A stretch of 64,000 nucleotides of DNA from Octopus vulgaris. Lineage: Eukaryota. Position numbers and translations under genes: made by a program. This document shows positions 1 through 14,783 of the stretch, piece by piece (the first letter of the stretch is position 1; each line of letters starts with the position of its first letter). The stretch is from contig OX597828.1 in the NCBI GenBank assembly GCA_951406725.2, positions 11,408,001 through 11,472,000 of the forward strand, given 5' to 3'. The notes under the pieces are model-generated. The model worked only from the letters and a program-made list of their open reading frames with translations. It was not told the DNA's origin and ran no database searches.

Positions 1-331
1 TCAAACTGCTGCCCTCACTGGCACAATTCATTTTTTTTGTTTTTTTGTTTTCCTTTCTCCTTCCACTTTCTCAGGGATTTTGTCACCAGTTGACATTATA
101 GCAGACCTGCCAGTGCTGCACTCTAAAATTACTATCATATTTATGGAACATCCATCATGTCTAAATGATAACAACCTCTTTTTGCTTGTTTCACTGTAAT
201 AGATACACAGGAACATAAATATAAATGTATGTTATGCATGTATGTGTACACCCACCCACACACACACGTATATTTATACATATATACATATAAATATACA
301 CACTCTACACACACACATACATATACATGTG

Positions 332-366
<35 letters not shown>

Positions 367-487
367 CCACCCATGCTAGCATGGAAGACAGACCTTAAAT
401 GATGACGATGATGGTGATAATGATACACACACATACATATATTTATATATATATATGTATGCATGCATATATGCATGTATGTACAGG

Positions 488-540
<53 letters not shown>

Positions 541-621
541 TATATATAAAATAAAAATATACATATGCTCACTCTTTTAGTTCCGCTTTTGCTGGTTGCA
601 TCACCTTAACTATATATATAT

Positions 622-727
622 ATCATCATCGTTTAACATCCGCTTTCCATGCTAGCATGGCTTGGATAATTTGACTGAGGTCTGGCGAACCAGATGGGTG
701 CACTAGGCTCCAATCTGATCTTGCAGA
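622..727 (-). mobile_element. Family B retroposon, 3' fragment ((ATG)n-tailed)
   Basis: atcatcatcgtttaacatccgctttccatgctagcatgg...ggctccaatctgatc matches copies at 28422 and 38411; sits inside (TA)n. A tail-only fragment lies at 366-415 (+). Confidence 0.75.
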
Positions 728-2189
728 TATATATATATATATCAACTATATGGATCTGCAGTGGTTTCAGTGGTAAGTAATCAATTGTTCAGTTAAGTGA
801 ACTATACACTCACATTGGCTCAGCATACAATCAGATGAGTATTTCTGGGCCAGGTCTACTGTCTGTGCAGTCTTACAACAGAATCAATATGACAATGTGT
901 GTAACAATGTTGGACCATTTATCTAATAAGCACCATTTATCCTCTGGGCTTCCACACATGTTCTTGCAACCTATTTTCATTCACAGGACTCAAGTTAATT
1001 GGAGGCTATAACAACAACAAAAAAAAAAGCTTCCAAGTGATGTCACATGCTGGGATTGAACCTGGAGTTTCATGACTATAAAGTAAACTTTTTTTAAACT
1101 TTTTAACCATGATGGCTGAATATGCATGCACATACACACAAATGTGGATATACAAAATTTGCATCTATCAATGGAGGCCTTTATAGAGATAACAGACTTT
1201 GGATCCAGAACCCCATGCACTAATTCAGAAAAGAAAAGTAAAAAGATAAAAAGAAAGCCTCATTTCTTTATTGAAACAATTCAATTTACTTCTATGGAAT
1301 AGACTTTGCAGATGTCAACTGAAGCGTTACCAACTTGCTTTACAAAGAAATCAAGGGAAGCTTCAGATGGTACAAATCCTTAATCCAACACACAATCCAC
1401 CAACCAACCAACCAACCAGCCAATCATTATTAAAAATGACCCCAGTAACACTTTTAGATTCATCCAATTCTGCTTCAACTAAAGAAAATAATAATAATAA
1501 TAATTATTATAATCATAATACTAAACATCCACATCTACAACATGTTTTACAATGCTATAGTTTAAAAGATAAAAATACATACATTAAAATTGACAATAAT
1601 TCTAAATGCTTCTAAACATAACATATATGAAAAGCATCTGGTATGACCCACCTTTAACCTACAGGTAGCTACACCAATAGCCCTAACCTACCTAAACTTA
1701 GTTAGAAAAACCACTTCCCTACACAACGTTACTCTTATTCCACATTTCCCAACTTTTACCACTGTTCTAATAATTTTTGACAGAATCTTCCGCTCAGTAT
1801 AGACATATCAGCCTCTGCATCCTAGTTTTCAGCTTTTTGCCAGGGTGTGTAACAGATCTGATGAGCTTAGCTTTCTTTATAAACATTAATTTGTGAATAA
1901 ACAATTGTATTGTATAACACTGAATACACATTAATACAAACATGCAAGCATAATTCCTTGCATACTGATATTAACACTACACGAAGAAAGCTGCAAAACA
2001 GCCATAATCCTATGGAAGTCACACGGTTAAACAAATCTGTATTCATCATTTAATCATCCTGATTTCATGTTATTATATAATCCTATGTAGACTGATAGTC
2101 AAGTCCATGATGATTACTGCATGATTCTTTGAAACCTAATAGTATACAACTCAATTATATATATATATATAATGATAATAATAATAATA

Positions 2190-2424
2190 TTAGGGTGTAT
2201 AACTCCAAACTTACAAGGAAAAATTCAATTTAGTATTAAATCAAATTTCACAATATGAATATATAAAATACAAATTAGAGATAAAACCACTATAATGCAA
2301 CTCACACATTGATAGACATAAACCAAAACATAAATAACAAATAAAATATATTTTTATAAATTGGTTTATGTCTATCAATGTTTGAGTTGCATAGTAGTGG
2401 TTTTATCTCTAATTTATATTTTAT
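2190..2424. mobile_element. Fold-back (inverted-arm) short element, probably PLE-derived
   Basis: ~60-bp arms at ~2264-2324 and ~2362-2424 are near-perfect reverse complements around an AT-rich spacer; flanked by microsatellite. Confidence 0.55.
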
Positions 2425-2484
<60 letters not shown>

Positions 2485-2485
<1 letters not shown>

Positions 2486-2694
2486 GTTAGTCCAAACATG
2501 AACAAAGAGAAAACACAACAACGCGAGGACGTGGAACAAGTATAGTGTTATTGGACACTCAGGAAAGGAAAGAAGGAGGATTTTAATGTTTTGAGCGGAG
2601 CTCTTCATCAGAAACATAGAAAAAGGAAAGATGCAAGGAAGGGAAGACGGAGGAAAAAAAATGCCAATGATACACACATGGTCACATATTGAAA
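2485..2694 (-). mobile_element. Short PLE-like element with minimal hammerhead motif, copy 1
   Basis: Homologous to 40711-40942. Minus strand reads gttt-CTGATGA-A-GAGC-tcc-GCTC-aAAA-catt-aaaa (G12 lost, consistent with CpG decay). Confidence 0.6.
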
Positions 2695-2770
2695 TATATC
2701 TATACATATATCTATCTATCTATATATAATATAATATATATATATATATATGTATATATATGTATATATA

Positions 2771-2825
<55 letters not shown>

Positions 2826-3492
2826 TTACATATATACGTATAGTGGCTACATTTTCGTATATGAGCAAAGCCATTGCTAGAAAGAATCACTGAAATGAGT
2901 TCTCGATAATGCAATGTAAGGCCCTTATATAACTCTTGAGCCCAACCAAAAGATTTGCACATTTTAGTGCATACATACATACATACACATGCACACATAT
3001 CAGTATCTAACCAACCACATGATCTCTCTAGAATGACCACTTTGTATCATTATTTTTATATCACTGCCTTCAAAATAAAATTTGAAAAGAGATAAAAAAA
3101 TAAGAACGAAATTCTGTAGAACAGGCATTGTCGTGGACGCCAATTCGATATATAAACGACAATTGTACCAAGACAGATCATTCATATCCAATTGTTCTTT
3201 TCAGTTGCACAATTAGGATATGTTTTTCTATTCTTTTCCTTTTAGTAAGAGGGTTTGATTCATGGTATTTTTTACCTTGTCTGACAATTCACATGATTTT
3301 CTACCCATGTTAGATTTGTAATGTTTCATTACAGTTCTTTACAGTTGAGTAGATGGTAGCAGACAGCATATGTAGGTGTAAAGTATGGTCTAATTAAATA
3401 AGAAGTTTCAGAGAGAAGTCTTATGCCATTTAAGTTTTATTGCCTTTACATCACGGAGACATTGCCATGGTGTAAAAGTTTTTAGGTGACAC

Positions 3493-4935
<1,443 letters not shown>

Positions 4936-5766
4936 TATGAAGCATGTGTATGGCTGTATGTATCTAATATATACTCATTACGTGTGTAGATGTGTAGATG
5001 GATATAGAACAAGAGCGAAAAAGCCAGTCCTGTTTCTGCTGTAGATTTATTAACACAATGTGTATTTTTAGAGTTACTTCACCTTCAGTTCACAACTGGT
5101 CTCAATAAACAAATTGGATTAAACATACAAGTGTTTACTATGATTGAAAACTTTGTCTGGTGCTAGCAATATTCCTTTGCAAATCTCTACCAGCCACTGT
5201 CATCATCGTCATCGTCATCATAATCATTACAACTGTTATTAACAGAATCATTATTATTTACCATACTTATCAATGCCAAGTTTAAGAAACTACAATTTCA
5301 AATCTCTGAACGTTACATAGATAGAAGAAATTGGTTGTTTGCTCGAAGCATTGTGGTACAAGAAAGACACAGAGCATCTTTCAATGCGAAAAGAAAATTA
5401 ATAATTTATAAATTTCTTATATATTTTGGGTGGATCACCCATCTACAGAATGAATGGAAGTTAACAAATTATTAGAAACCAGACAACTCTCATTTCTTCA
5501 CATTGTAAGAAGTTCTCTGCATAATTTCTTTATTGTTACATAGATTACACTGAATAAGTGTTTAGTATTTATGTATTTATCATGAGTTTCATGTTTATTT
5601 CTATTTCTATTTTTAATTAATTTGTCAGATAAAAAGGAGTAGTGTTCATAACCTATGAACGAACATCCATTCTGGTTGGATTTTATGCAGTTTGAACATA
5701 TCAAGTTAGGTGGCTCTCATAAAAAATATGGGTAGCTCTTGAGAGAAAAAATAAATATAAAAATAA

Positions 5767-6159
5767 CTAGCAGTATCGCCCGGCGTTGCTCGGGTTTGTT
5801 TCGACCCTTTAGAATTGGAATTTTTGGAAAGTAAAAATTTTGCTTTATGTAGCTTGTTATTCTCTTTAAGTAAACATTTTTCTGGTTGATATACACCGAA
5901 AAATGGCGACACAGCAGTCGTAAAATCGTAAAAAATAGGGATTTTCATAGAAAACAAGCACTGTTTTGATGTAAATAATTTTTGGTGTTAACATGGTCCG
6001 ATTTGAATTTTATCTTCTACGGAATGAAGAGCAAGCCTTCTATCATAATCTCAATTTTGGTCAACTTGCGCCGCAGGGCCTCGGAGGAGATAGTGTAAGT
6101 TGAAGGCTACCAAACTTGCCATACACAGACAACTTCAGCTTTATATATATATACAGAGA
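5767..6159 (-). mobile_element. Non-autonomous Helitron
   Basis: Minus strand starts TC after a host A (6160) and ends with hairpin CCCGAGCAACGCCGGG (5779-5794) ~8 nt before CTAG, followed by T; no TSD. These are canonical Helitron termini. Confidence 0.8.
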
Positions 6160-6519
6160 TAAAAAAATAAAACAAAAAGAACGACAGTACAGGGTCTTGA
6201 GTGTGTGATTGTCTAAGGATGATATGATGAAATGAGCTGGGTTCACTAAATAGTCTAGCACATTCTCTTATAAGTCCTTATACCTTACCAATCAAGTAAC
6301 GTCTTATTAATTTTCATCATTTCACTAGTGATCAGGGTGTTGCAGTCACAATCACTAGATTGTGGGTTTCATTCCCAGACAGGGTGGCATGCTGCATTCT
6401 TGGGCAAATCACTTCATTTCATGTTCTTCTAGAGCTGTGTGGAGACCAAAATGTCAAAGAATACACCCAACACTTCATCTGCATGTTGAAAAAAAAGTGA
6501 CTAAATGAGATTAAGCTCG

Positions 6520-6690
6520 GATTTGCACTCCTGCCTCATAAAACCCTCACCAGCAATGACTACCAAAACAGACCCTTGGGTTGAAGTGTTACTGCCTGAG
6601 TAGTTCAACGGTGTCACCTACCAAGAGTAGGATGGAATCACCAACACATGGTGGATACAACAATATGCTATTACAACATGTGTCTACTAC
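6520..6690. repeat. Unclassified old interspersed repeat
   Basis: ataaaaccctcaccagcaatgact...gggttg...tgcctgag...acatgtgtc aligns by eye with 33590-33750. Confidence 0.6.
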
Positions 6691-7170
6691 TACTACTAGT
6701 GCTACTACTACTACAACTACTGCTACTGCTACTACTACAACTGATGCTGCTACTACTACTGCTACTACTCTTGTCCTCTCCTGTAAGAAGTGTTTCCACT
6801 TTAATAGTTTCATTCTTCAAACTGTTGCCTGTCTCTTCTTGTATCCTAGATATATATGATCCTCATTCATTTCAGTTTTCTCTTAATAACTTTATGATTC
6901 TTGGGGCATATTCTCATTAGATTATAAAAAATTATTTTTGCTTTCTTCTTTCCTTTCATAACTCCCAACATATTACCAGACTGACAGGGCTTGCATAAAT
7001 TATGTACAATTATTTCTTCTTTGACAAATTTTCAAAAACAAAAATAACAAAAACAAAACAAAAAAAAAAATGAATGTATCTGATGAATGTCAGCGCAAGT
7101 CCTTTACTTCTCAGAAGTATAGCATGTAGGTAAGTCAGCTGTACAGCTGCCTATATTAACAAGCATTGCA

Positions 7171-7796
7171 TCAACTCTTTAGCATTTGGATTTCTCTGTC
7201 AAATGTAAAACTTATGTATTCCCACCGATTTGGATTAGTCATGCATTCTCCTGTAGCTTTGAGATTCCAATGACATACTCTTTTTACTCCTTCACTTGTT
7301 TCAGTCATTTGACTGTGGCCATGCTGGAGCACCGCCTTTAGTCGTGCAAATCGACCCCAGGACTTATTCTTTGTAAGCCTAGTACATATTTTATCAGTCC
7401 CTTTTGCCGAACTGCTAAGTTACGGGGACGTAAACACACCAGCATCGGTTGTCAAGCGATGTTGGGAGGACAAACACAGACACACAAACATATACACACT
7501 CATACACCTATATATACATATAAACGACGGGCTTCTTCCAGTTTCTGTCTACCAAATCCACTCACAAGGCTTTGGTCGGCCCGAGGTTATAGTAGAATAC
7601 ACTTGCCCAAGGTTTCACGCAGTGGTACTGAACCCAGAACCATGTGGTTGGTAAGCAGGCTACTTACCACACAGCCACTCCCATTTTTAGAATAATATTG
7701 TAGGGTAAGAGTGAAAGGCCAGATCTGGCCAGTTTGAAGATAAAACAGGTGGACTATTTCGACTGGATACAGCTGGTCTAAATACTAAAGGGTTAA
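7171..7796. mobile_element. piggyBac-like MITE interrupted by a SINE
   Basis: Degenerate TIRs tcaactctttagcatt / aatactaaagggttaa with TTAA end; second copy in opposite orientation at 51280-51508; SINE A inserted at 7276-7682. Confidence 0.7.
7276..7682 (-). mobile_element. SINE family A (tRNA-derived, CORE-like), full length
   Basis: A-box-like tggctgtgtgg, B-box-like ggttcagtaccact, CORE-like ccttgggcaagt, internal (TA)(TG) tract, gtaaaa(a)gag tail; >10 copies in window. Confidence 0.9.
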
Positions 7797-7934
7797 AGCA
7801 TGGCTGGATGGTTCAGAGGCTTGCTTCACAACATCAATGTCTAGACTTCAGTCCCATCTCATGACAACTTGGGAAAAGGTGTCTTGGGGCTGACAAAGCC
7901 CTCTGAGAGAAAAGAAGCAAATAGAAACTTCCAA

Positions 7935-8366
7935 ATTTTAGCATGAGGTCAGCAATTTTGGGGGAGGGGTTAAGTTGACAACCTCAAACCTAGTGCTCAA
8001 CTGGTCCTTATTTTATTGACCCTAAAAGGATGAAAGATAAAGTCGATCACACCAGAATTTGAACTTGGCAACATAAAGACAAATGATGTTAAGCATTTTG
8101 CCCAGCATGCTAATGATACTGCTTGCTTACCGCCTTAATAGTAATAATCCTGTCTACTAAAGGCACAAAGTCTGAAATTTGGAGGGAGGGGACCAGTCGA
8201 TTACATCAACCCCAGTGTTTCACTGGTACTTAGATTATCAAATCCGAAAGGATAAAAGACAAAGCCAACCACAGTGGAATTTGAACTCAGAACGTAGTGA
8301 CAGGTGAAATATCACTAAGCAGTTTTAATTAGCCTGCTATTGGTTCTGCCAGCTCATTGTCTTGCC
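7935..8366 (-). mobile_element. Two tandem diverged SINE family C copies
   Basis: Each carries the reverse complement of gagttcaaattc...ctttcatcctt...aagtaccag; separated by a short (TAA) tract. Confidence 0.75.
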
Positions 8367-8619
8367 TTAATAATAATAATGATAATAATAATTACAGAAG
8401 ATTATATTTATTGGTGCCTCATATATTCTACATAAACACATCTTCTCAATGCAACCTTACTCACCATGTTTTTCTCTTCTCTCACAAACATAAAAATTTT
8501 CAAATGCATGGAACCTCACCTGTTAGAATCTTTAAATGCAAAACCATGTCATCCTTTGACATCACTGGTTGAGACTTGGGTGAAACTCATATAAATTAAA
8601 GCAAAACTAGATCATAATA

Positions 8620-8951
8620 TTTCGTTTTGGGATTTGGTTTGCAAAATTTTTTATATGAGTTTGTGTGTTGAAGCATATTCTGTTGTGTCAGGGGAGAATC
8701 ATTTTATTTTTGTGCCTTATAATTTAACACACTCACCGGTAAAATTTCCACTTATTTCTAATTTTTATTTTCCTAAAATTTTCGTTGCATCTTGCAACCT
8801 TTTCAACATTTTCGATAGTCTTGAATATTGAAAATGTTGCAAGACGCAACAAAAGTTTTAGGAAAATAAAAATTAGAAATAAGTGGAAATTTTACTGGTG
8901 AGTGTGTTATATTATAAGGCACAAAAAGAACATGACTCTCCCCATACACAA
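8620..8951. mobile_element. Fold-back retroelement with 12-bp TSD, copy 1
   Basis: Arms ~8682-8808 and ~8828-8952 are reverse complements; TSD tagatcataata at 8608-8619 and 8952-8963; homologous to 60592-60868. Confidence 0.75.
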
Positions 8952-8986
8952 TAGATCATAATAGTAATAATAATAATAATAAAAAT

Positions 8987-9195
8987 TCCTTTCTGTTATA
9001 GGCACAAGGCCTGAAATTTGTGGGAGGTTGGTGCTGAATGATTACACCAGCCCCAGTGCTCAACTGGTACTAACTTTATTCACCCTCGATGGACCAAACA
9101 CAAAGATGAGTTCAGTAGAATTTGAACTCAGAACATAAAGACAGATGAAAAAGCTGCTAAGCATTTTACCCAGCATGCTAATGATTCTGCGAGCT
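8987..9195 (-). mobile_element. SINE family C, diverged
   Basis: Same motifs as other family C copies; abuts (AAT)n. Confidence 0.75.
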
Positions 9196-9665
9196 CAACC
9201 TCTTTCATAATAACAACAACAACAAAGACGATGATGATGATGATATACTGATGTTAGTAATAATAGTTGATGTGGAGATGTTGGTAGCAATGCTACTGCT
9301 AATGATGATAATACAGATAATGATATCATTATTATTATCATTATTATTATTGTTATTATTATTATTATTATTATCATTATTATTATAAACATTATTATTA
9401 TTGATGCTGATGACGCTAACATTGGTGAGGTAATACTACTGATAATAATGATGATGATGATCATATCCACAGAGGGGAGGAGGAGGAGAAAAAGATGTTA
9501 AAGGAATTTACAGTGACACTCAGCAAAGATTAGCAGTCTAAGATCATAGATAAAGTGGGCGGAGATTGCAAGGGTAGGAGGTGGGTTTCCTTTCTCTTAT
9601 AGAGATAAAATTTTGAATCAAAAATCTGTTCCTTCTACTAAAATAATAATTCATAAAAACGTTTA

Positions 9666-9718
9666 TCATTTTTTCTTTTTTTTTACCTTCCAATAACTAA
9701 TATCAACTATCTGTGAAA
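9666..9718 (-). CDS. Candidate short terminal exon, xSQIVDISYWKVKKKKK*
   Basis: Strong acceptor (T)n-cctttcag| at 9719; the phase-1 frame ends in a lysine run and TGA. An internal AAG|GTAAAA donor is an alternative. No homology evidence. Confidence 0.25.
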
Positions 9719-9987
9719 CTGAAAGGAAAAAAAAAAACATCACAAAAAATAAAAGTACATAGAAGAAAAGAAAAAGAACCCAAAACAAAAGAATGATAAA
9801 TTAAATTTTATGAAAAAGAAAATATTTAGAAATTTTAAATATTGCTTGCAGCACGGCTAAACTAAATTTGAAGAATATATAGCAAGGAGTCAAATAATGT
9901 TTTGTGGTGTTCGTATATATTGTCTAACATCTTCCTTAAACAATCCATAGAAACATAAAATCAAACTGCTAAACAGACCATCTAAAG

Positions 9988-10312
9988 CAGGGGGTTCTCA
10001 ACCACTTTTTTTTTATCTATAGACCCCTTCGATTATTATTTTATTCTGGTGGACCTTTATAGTGTTTTAATGTCTAAAAACTAGTTTTATAGATACTTCT
10101 TTAAATATTCCTATTTCGTTTTTCACACAATAACTTATGTCGGTTGAACTACATAAAATGTTAGAGAACGAAACTTAGCTGTTTCTTGCGATAAATACAA
10201 ATACAAATATGTAAAGCAAAATTTTTTCAAGGGCCCTTAAAATGCTATTCTGGATCACCAAAAATCTTACAGGAACCCACAGGGGCCATATGGGCCCTGG
10301 TTGAGAACAGCT
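9988..10312. mobile_element. hAT-like MITE
   Basis: TIR-like ends cagggggttctcaacc ... ggttgagaacagct resemble Charlie/MER-type hAT termini; TSD not resolved. Confidence 0.65.
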
Positions 10313-10628
10313 AAGACAAAAAAGGAAAGGAAGAGTATCTTCTATGTAGTTGCTCATGCTGTTAAATAGCTCTCAAAACACACCCTCTTTCTTCGGAGAA
10401 GGGTGTTGTGTGCCAAGTGCTTGCTTTCTAAAATTCACTGAAAGGAGAACAGATCTTACCATATGTTTCCTGACTTTAGAATAGATACACATCACCTTTA
10501 GGTATCATAAGAAACAATAAAAAAAATGGTTAGTGACAAGAAAGGCATGAGGCCTTAAATACCGTGCCCAAACAAAGTGTCTAACCCATGCCAACATAGG
10601 AAAGAGGACATAAAACACTGATGATGAA

Positions 10629-10659
<31 letters not shown>

Positions 10660-11245
10660 CGAGGATGATGATGACAATGCTGATAAATCAGAGAAATTCC
10701 AATGCCAATTACCTCAGCAGGAATTTCCATTCAGACAAATTTATTCTAGCTGATATCCCAGCCTAAACAACTGCAAGCTAACGTCTAATCTAATGACAAT
10801 TATGGAACATGTGATGGTTGGAAAAGCACAGGAGCCTGTGTTAGACTTATTAGGATAAATTTTTACCCTCACCATCATCTCTTCCCCTCCCTCTCATCTA
10901 CTCATAAGCTTTTTCTGAAGAGTCCAGCATTCATTAGATCAAGAGATTTTTTTTTTATCTGAAGAAGTCTTCATAGAACTCTTCTTTAATAACTAATTTA
11001 CTAATCTGATTTAGATTTTACTACTGAAATGACGGGTGTTCAACCAACTCCACCAGTATATTAGCATACATCACCCTGATTGCCACAATCAGCACCATCA
11101 CAATCACAATCACCACCTGGGTGAATTCATGAAAAACAATTCATTAACATCATTATCAAGGACCCTTCATGGTGGTCTGGTTGGCTAAAAATAGCAGTGA
11201 AATCTCCCCAGAATGTAACCTTATTATCTCAGAAAAGTACACATT

Positions 11246-11416
11246 GGCATAGGAGCAGCTGTGTGGTAAGTAGCTTGCTTACGAACCACATAGTTCCGGG
11301 TTCAGTCCCACTGCATGGCACCTTGAGCAAGTGTCTTCTACTATAGCCTCGGGCTGACCAAAAGCCTTGTGAGCAGATTTGGTAGATGGAAACTGAAAGA
11401 AACCCATCGTATATAC

Positions 11417-11467
<51 letters not shown>

Positions 11468-11663
11468 TCTCCCCAACATCGCTTGACAACCGATACTGGT
11501 GTGTTTATGTCCCGGTAACTTAGCAGTTTGGCAAAAGAGACCGATAGAATAAGTACTAAGCTTACAAAGAATAAGTCCTGGGGGGTCGATTTGCTCGACT
11601 AAAGGCGGTGCTCCAGCATGGCCGCAGTCAAATGACTGAAACAAGTAAAAGAATAAAAGAATA
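11246..11663 (+). mobile_element. SINE family A, full length
   Basis: Complete head, CORE-like segment, internal (TG)n and (AAAAGAAT) tail. Confidence 0.92.
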
Positions 11664-12111
11664 AATTAAATTGAATAACAAAGCGCTTAGCAAAAAGATA
11701 AGATGGTCGCAACCGGAATACTTTTGATCTGAAGTGTTCTATTTTGATAAGAGAGACTATGCAGTGTGATCTGAGGGAGGCTTTAGAATGCTATTTAGCA
11801 AGACAAGCAACTGTAAAGAAGATAACCTCCAACTCATCTCAATTTGAGATGTGGTTATAAAGATTCGTCTCAAGTATGTTTTCAGATTATCTATTTAAGT
11901 TTCATTTCTGAGTCTCTATAGAGTGTTTAGGAAGATGTTAGTGAACGAATATGAAAAGGGGACATTATTTGATTCTTTGCAGTACATTCAACAATATCAC
12001 CGTTACACATTGGATCAGAACCAATACTCTTTTCTACTACAGGCAAATAGCAGAAAAGACTATTTTGTTAAGAGAGATTGCATTTGCAGTGTTATCTGAG
12101 GAAGATCTTGG

Positions 12112-12290
12112 GGAGTGGGGCAAGTCAATTATATCAACTCCAGCGCTCAGCTTGTATTTATATCATCAACACCAAAAGAGATAGAAGGCAAAGTCAATCT
12201 CAGTGGCATTTGAACTCAGAATGTAACAATGGATGATATGCTGCTAAGCATTTTGTCAAATGCTCTAATGATTCTGCCAGCTTACTGCCT
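12112..12290 (-). mobile_element. SINE family C, diverged
   Basis: gaaggcaaagtcaa...tttgaactcagaa...gctaagcattttg...ctgccagc. Confidence 0.7.
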
Positions 12291-12324
12291 TAGTATGTTC
12301 TGTGCCTCTATATGGTAGCCAAGG

Positions 12325-12557
12325 AAGGCGGCAAGCTGGTAGAAACGTTAGCACGCCGGGCGAAATGCGTTGCCGTATTTCGTCTGCTGCTACGTTCTGA
12401 GTTCAAATTCTGCCGAGGTCGACTTTGCCTTTCATCCTTTTGGGGTCGATAAATTAAGTACCAGTTACGCACTGGGGTCGATGTAATCGACTTAATCTGT
12501 TTGTCTGTCCTTGTTTGTCCCATCTGTGTTTAGCCCCTTGTGGGTAGTAAAGAAATA
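12325..12557 (+). mobile_element. SINE family C, young full-length copy
   Basis: A-box-like agctggtagaa, B-box gagttcaaattc; 16-bp TSD tatatggt(a/g)gccaagg at 12309-12324 and 12558-12573. Confidence 0.92.
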
Positions 12558-12569
12558 TATATGGTGGCC

Positions 12570-13000
12570 AAGGGAGTTATGAACAGCAGTCAAATCTCCT
12601 TCTAAATACAAACTCACTGTCATAAAAATGGAAAGGCACCACTGTAAATGGAGTCAAAGATGTTCAGACATACAGTCACAAAAAAAAAAAAAAGAGAAAA
12701 GGCAAATAGAGATTGCCATGTTGATCAAAACACCTTTGATCAAAGTTCTGTTTAGTCAAGAGTGATTCAAAGCGAATCATCAATAACGACATCATTAAGG
12801 ACCTCCTTATGGTTGTCCGACTGGCTAAAAATAACAGCAAAATTCCTCCCAAAATCTAACCCTATCTTTTATGATAAGGAAACACTGCATACCATAATTC
12901 TCATTTCTCTGCTTAACAAAAACGTGAGATGGTTATTACTTCTGGAATGCATTTGATGACTGGTTTGCTCAGTTAGGGTTCACTTAGAGCCAACCGACAA
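12570..13000 (+). repeat. Old dispersed repeat family E (two degraded copies)
   Basis: Motif (g)aaatagcagccaaatctccc...ctggaatgcctttgatc recurs near 11185, 18410, 21485, 22965, 28315, 29355 and inverted at 48720-49500. Confidence 0.55.
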
Positions 13001-13299
13001 CTACAGGCCACATCAGCACCCAAATCCACAGACAATTCTTCCTTCTATTTATCCAATCAGAGACAGAAAAATAGGCAACAGAAAATATTTTTATCTTTTC
13101 AATATTTAAGAAGACATTGAAGAATTCCTTTGTATAAGATGGATTTACATTTTCTTTCTACTTTTGGTAAACATTTCTCTCTGCATATTATACACGTAGA
13201 TGTATTGATAAAACATACACAAACATTCATGAACACACACACACATTTATTTCAGCCGATTGTGTGTGTATGTGTGTGTGTGCGCGTGTGTGTGCGTGT

Positions 13300-13500
13300 G
13301 TGTGTGTGCATGTATGTGTTTGTCCTTCATCACTGCTTGACAAACAGTGTTGGTATGTTTGCATCCCTGAAACTTAACAGTTTGGCAAACGTGATTGATA
13401 GGCATTAACAAAAAAAAAAAGAATACTGGGGTTCGTTCACTTGACTAAAATTTGTCAAAGTAGTACCCCAGCATGGCCACAGTCTAATGACTGAAACACG
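13300..13500 (+). mobile_element. SINE family A, 3' half
   Basis: gcttgacaaac...aacttaacagtttggcaaa...ccagcatggccacagtctaatgactgaaac. Confidence 0.8.
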
Positions 13501-13734
13501 GAAAAAACAAAAGATATTCTTCTTAACATATGGAGTTCTCTTCTCATTTGTAAAATCAAATGTAATTACACACACATCTAAATATCTATAGCCACACAAG
13601 GATGCATTGTGTAATATACATAAAAATGTATAAACACACACTTGCATACATACATATAGGTGTGTTTGTATATATATATATGTATGTATATAACATATAG
13701 ACACACACACACACATATATATATATACATACAT

Positions 13735-13811
<77 letters not shown>

Positions 13812-14783
13812 TTTGTATAGAAGATATCTATTGATCTTTTTATTGAGAAAAACCTATAATTTCTTTATGCATGTGTGAGTAGATGTGTATGTAAATGCCT
13901 ATGCGTTCGCATATGTGTGAATGTATGTGTGTGTGTGTGCGTGTGGTAAATAAAATACGAAGACATTTTCAATGGATATTTTTTTTTCTTTTTACAGTTT
14001 TGTTCGATCTCAGTTTGATTTTTCTGTTTTTTTAAAACACTTTGTTTTTGTGGATGATGTTTCATTTCATCAGTGTTGTTGTTGTTGCTATTGTTGATGT
14101 CCTTCTTTTTTTAAATTTTAAATCTCAAGATATACATTTTTTTGTTTGTTCTTGCTTTTACAAGTTTCTTTAATTTACTACTTACTGCAGGATTTATTTA
14201 TTTTTCTCCAATTAGTCTTACAAAAATGATTTATTATTAATGACAAATGCTGCATACAAAAATAACAATATTTCATCCAAACAGCAACTGCAGCAACAAC
14301 AACAACACCCAACAACAACAACAACAACAACAACAAAAACAGCAGCAGCAGCCAGAACAACAGCAACTGCTTCAAAAACAACACAAAACACATGAAAAAA
14401 ATAATCAAAAACTGAACAGGAAGGTGGGGGGAAAAATGAACAAATTTATAAAAAAAAGTAATCATTTTTCTTGTTTTCTATGCATTATGTTATATGAAAA
14501 GAGGTGATAATTGAAAAAGTTCAAATCAATAGAGTGCTGTGAATTGAACCAGAGTTCATCAGCATGGCAGCTTACCAATAACTTTATAAATGAACGGCTT
14601 AAGTGAACGTTACTTTAAACAACCATAATAGTTTTCGACAAATATTGAACGAGATATCTGAAAATCCCAATGAAGCCAACGAGTAGAGTGACCAGTGCAA
14701 TTTAGAGTATATTTAGAAAACTCGTACCAGCCCTTCAAGCCATCTAGCGTCTCATCAAATAGCATCCGAAATTCCTTAGCTAA

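Noticed and set aside
11229-11644. Recurrent peptides such as WSARGYSRRHLPKVP in many ORFs
   Set aside because: Antisense translations of SINE family A, not a protein family.
14247-14507. Poly-Q ORF
   Set aside because: CAA/CAG repeat in A-rich sequence, with no domain or splice support.
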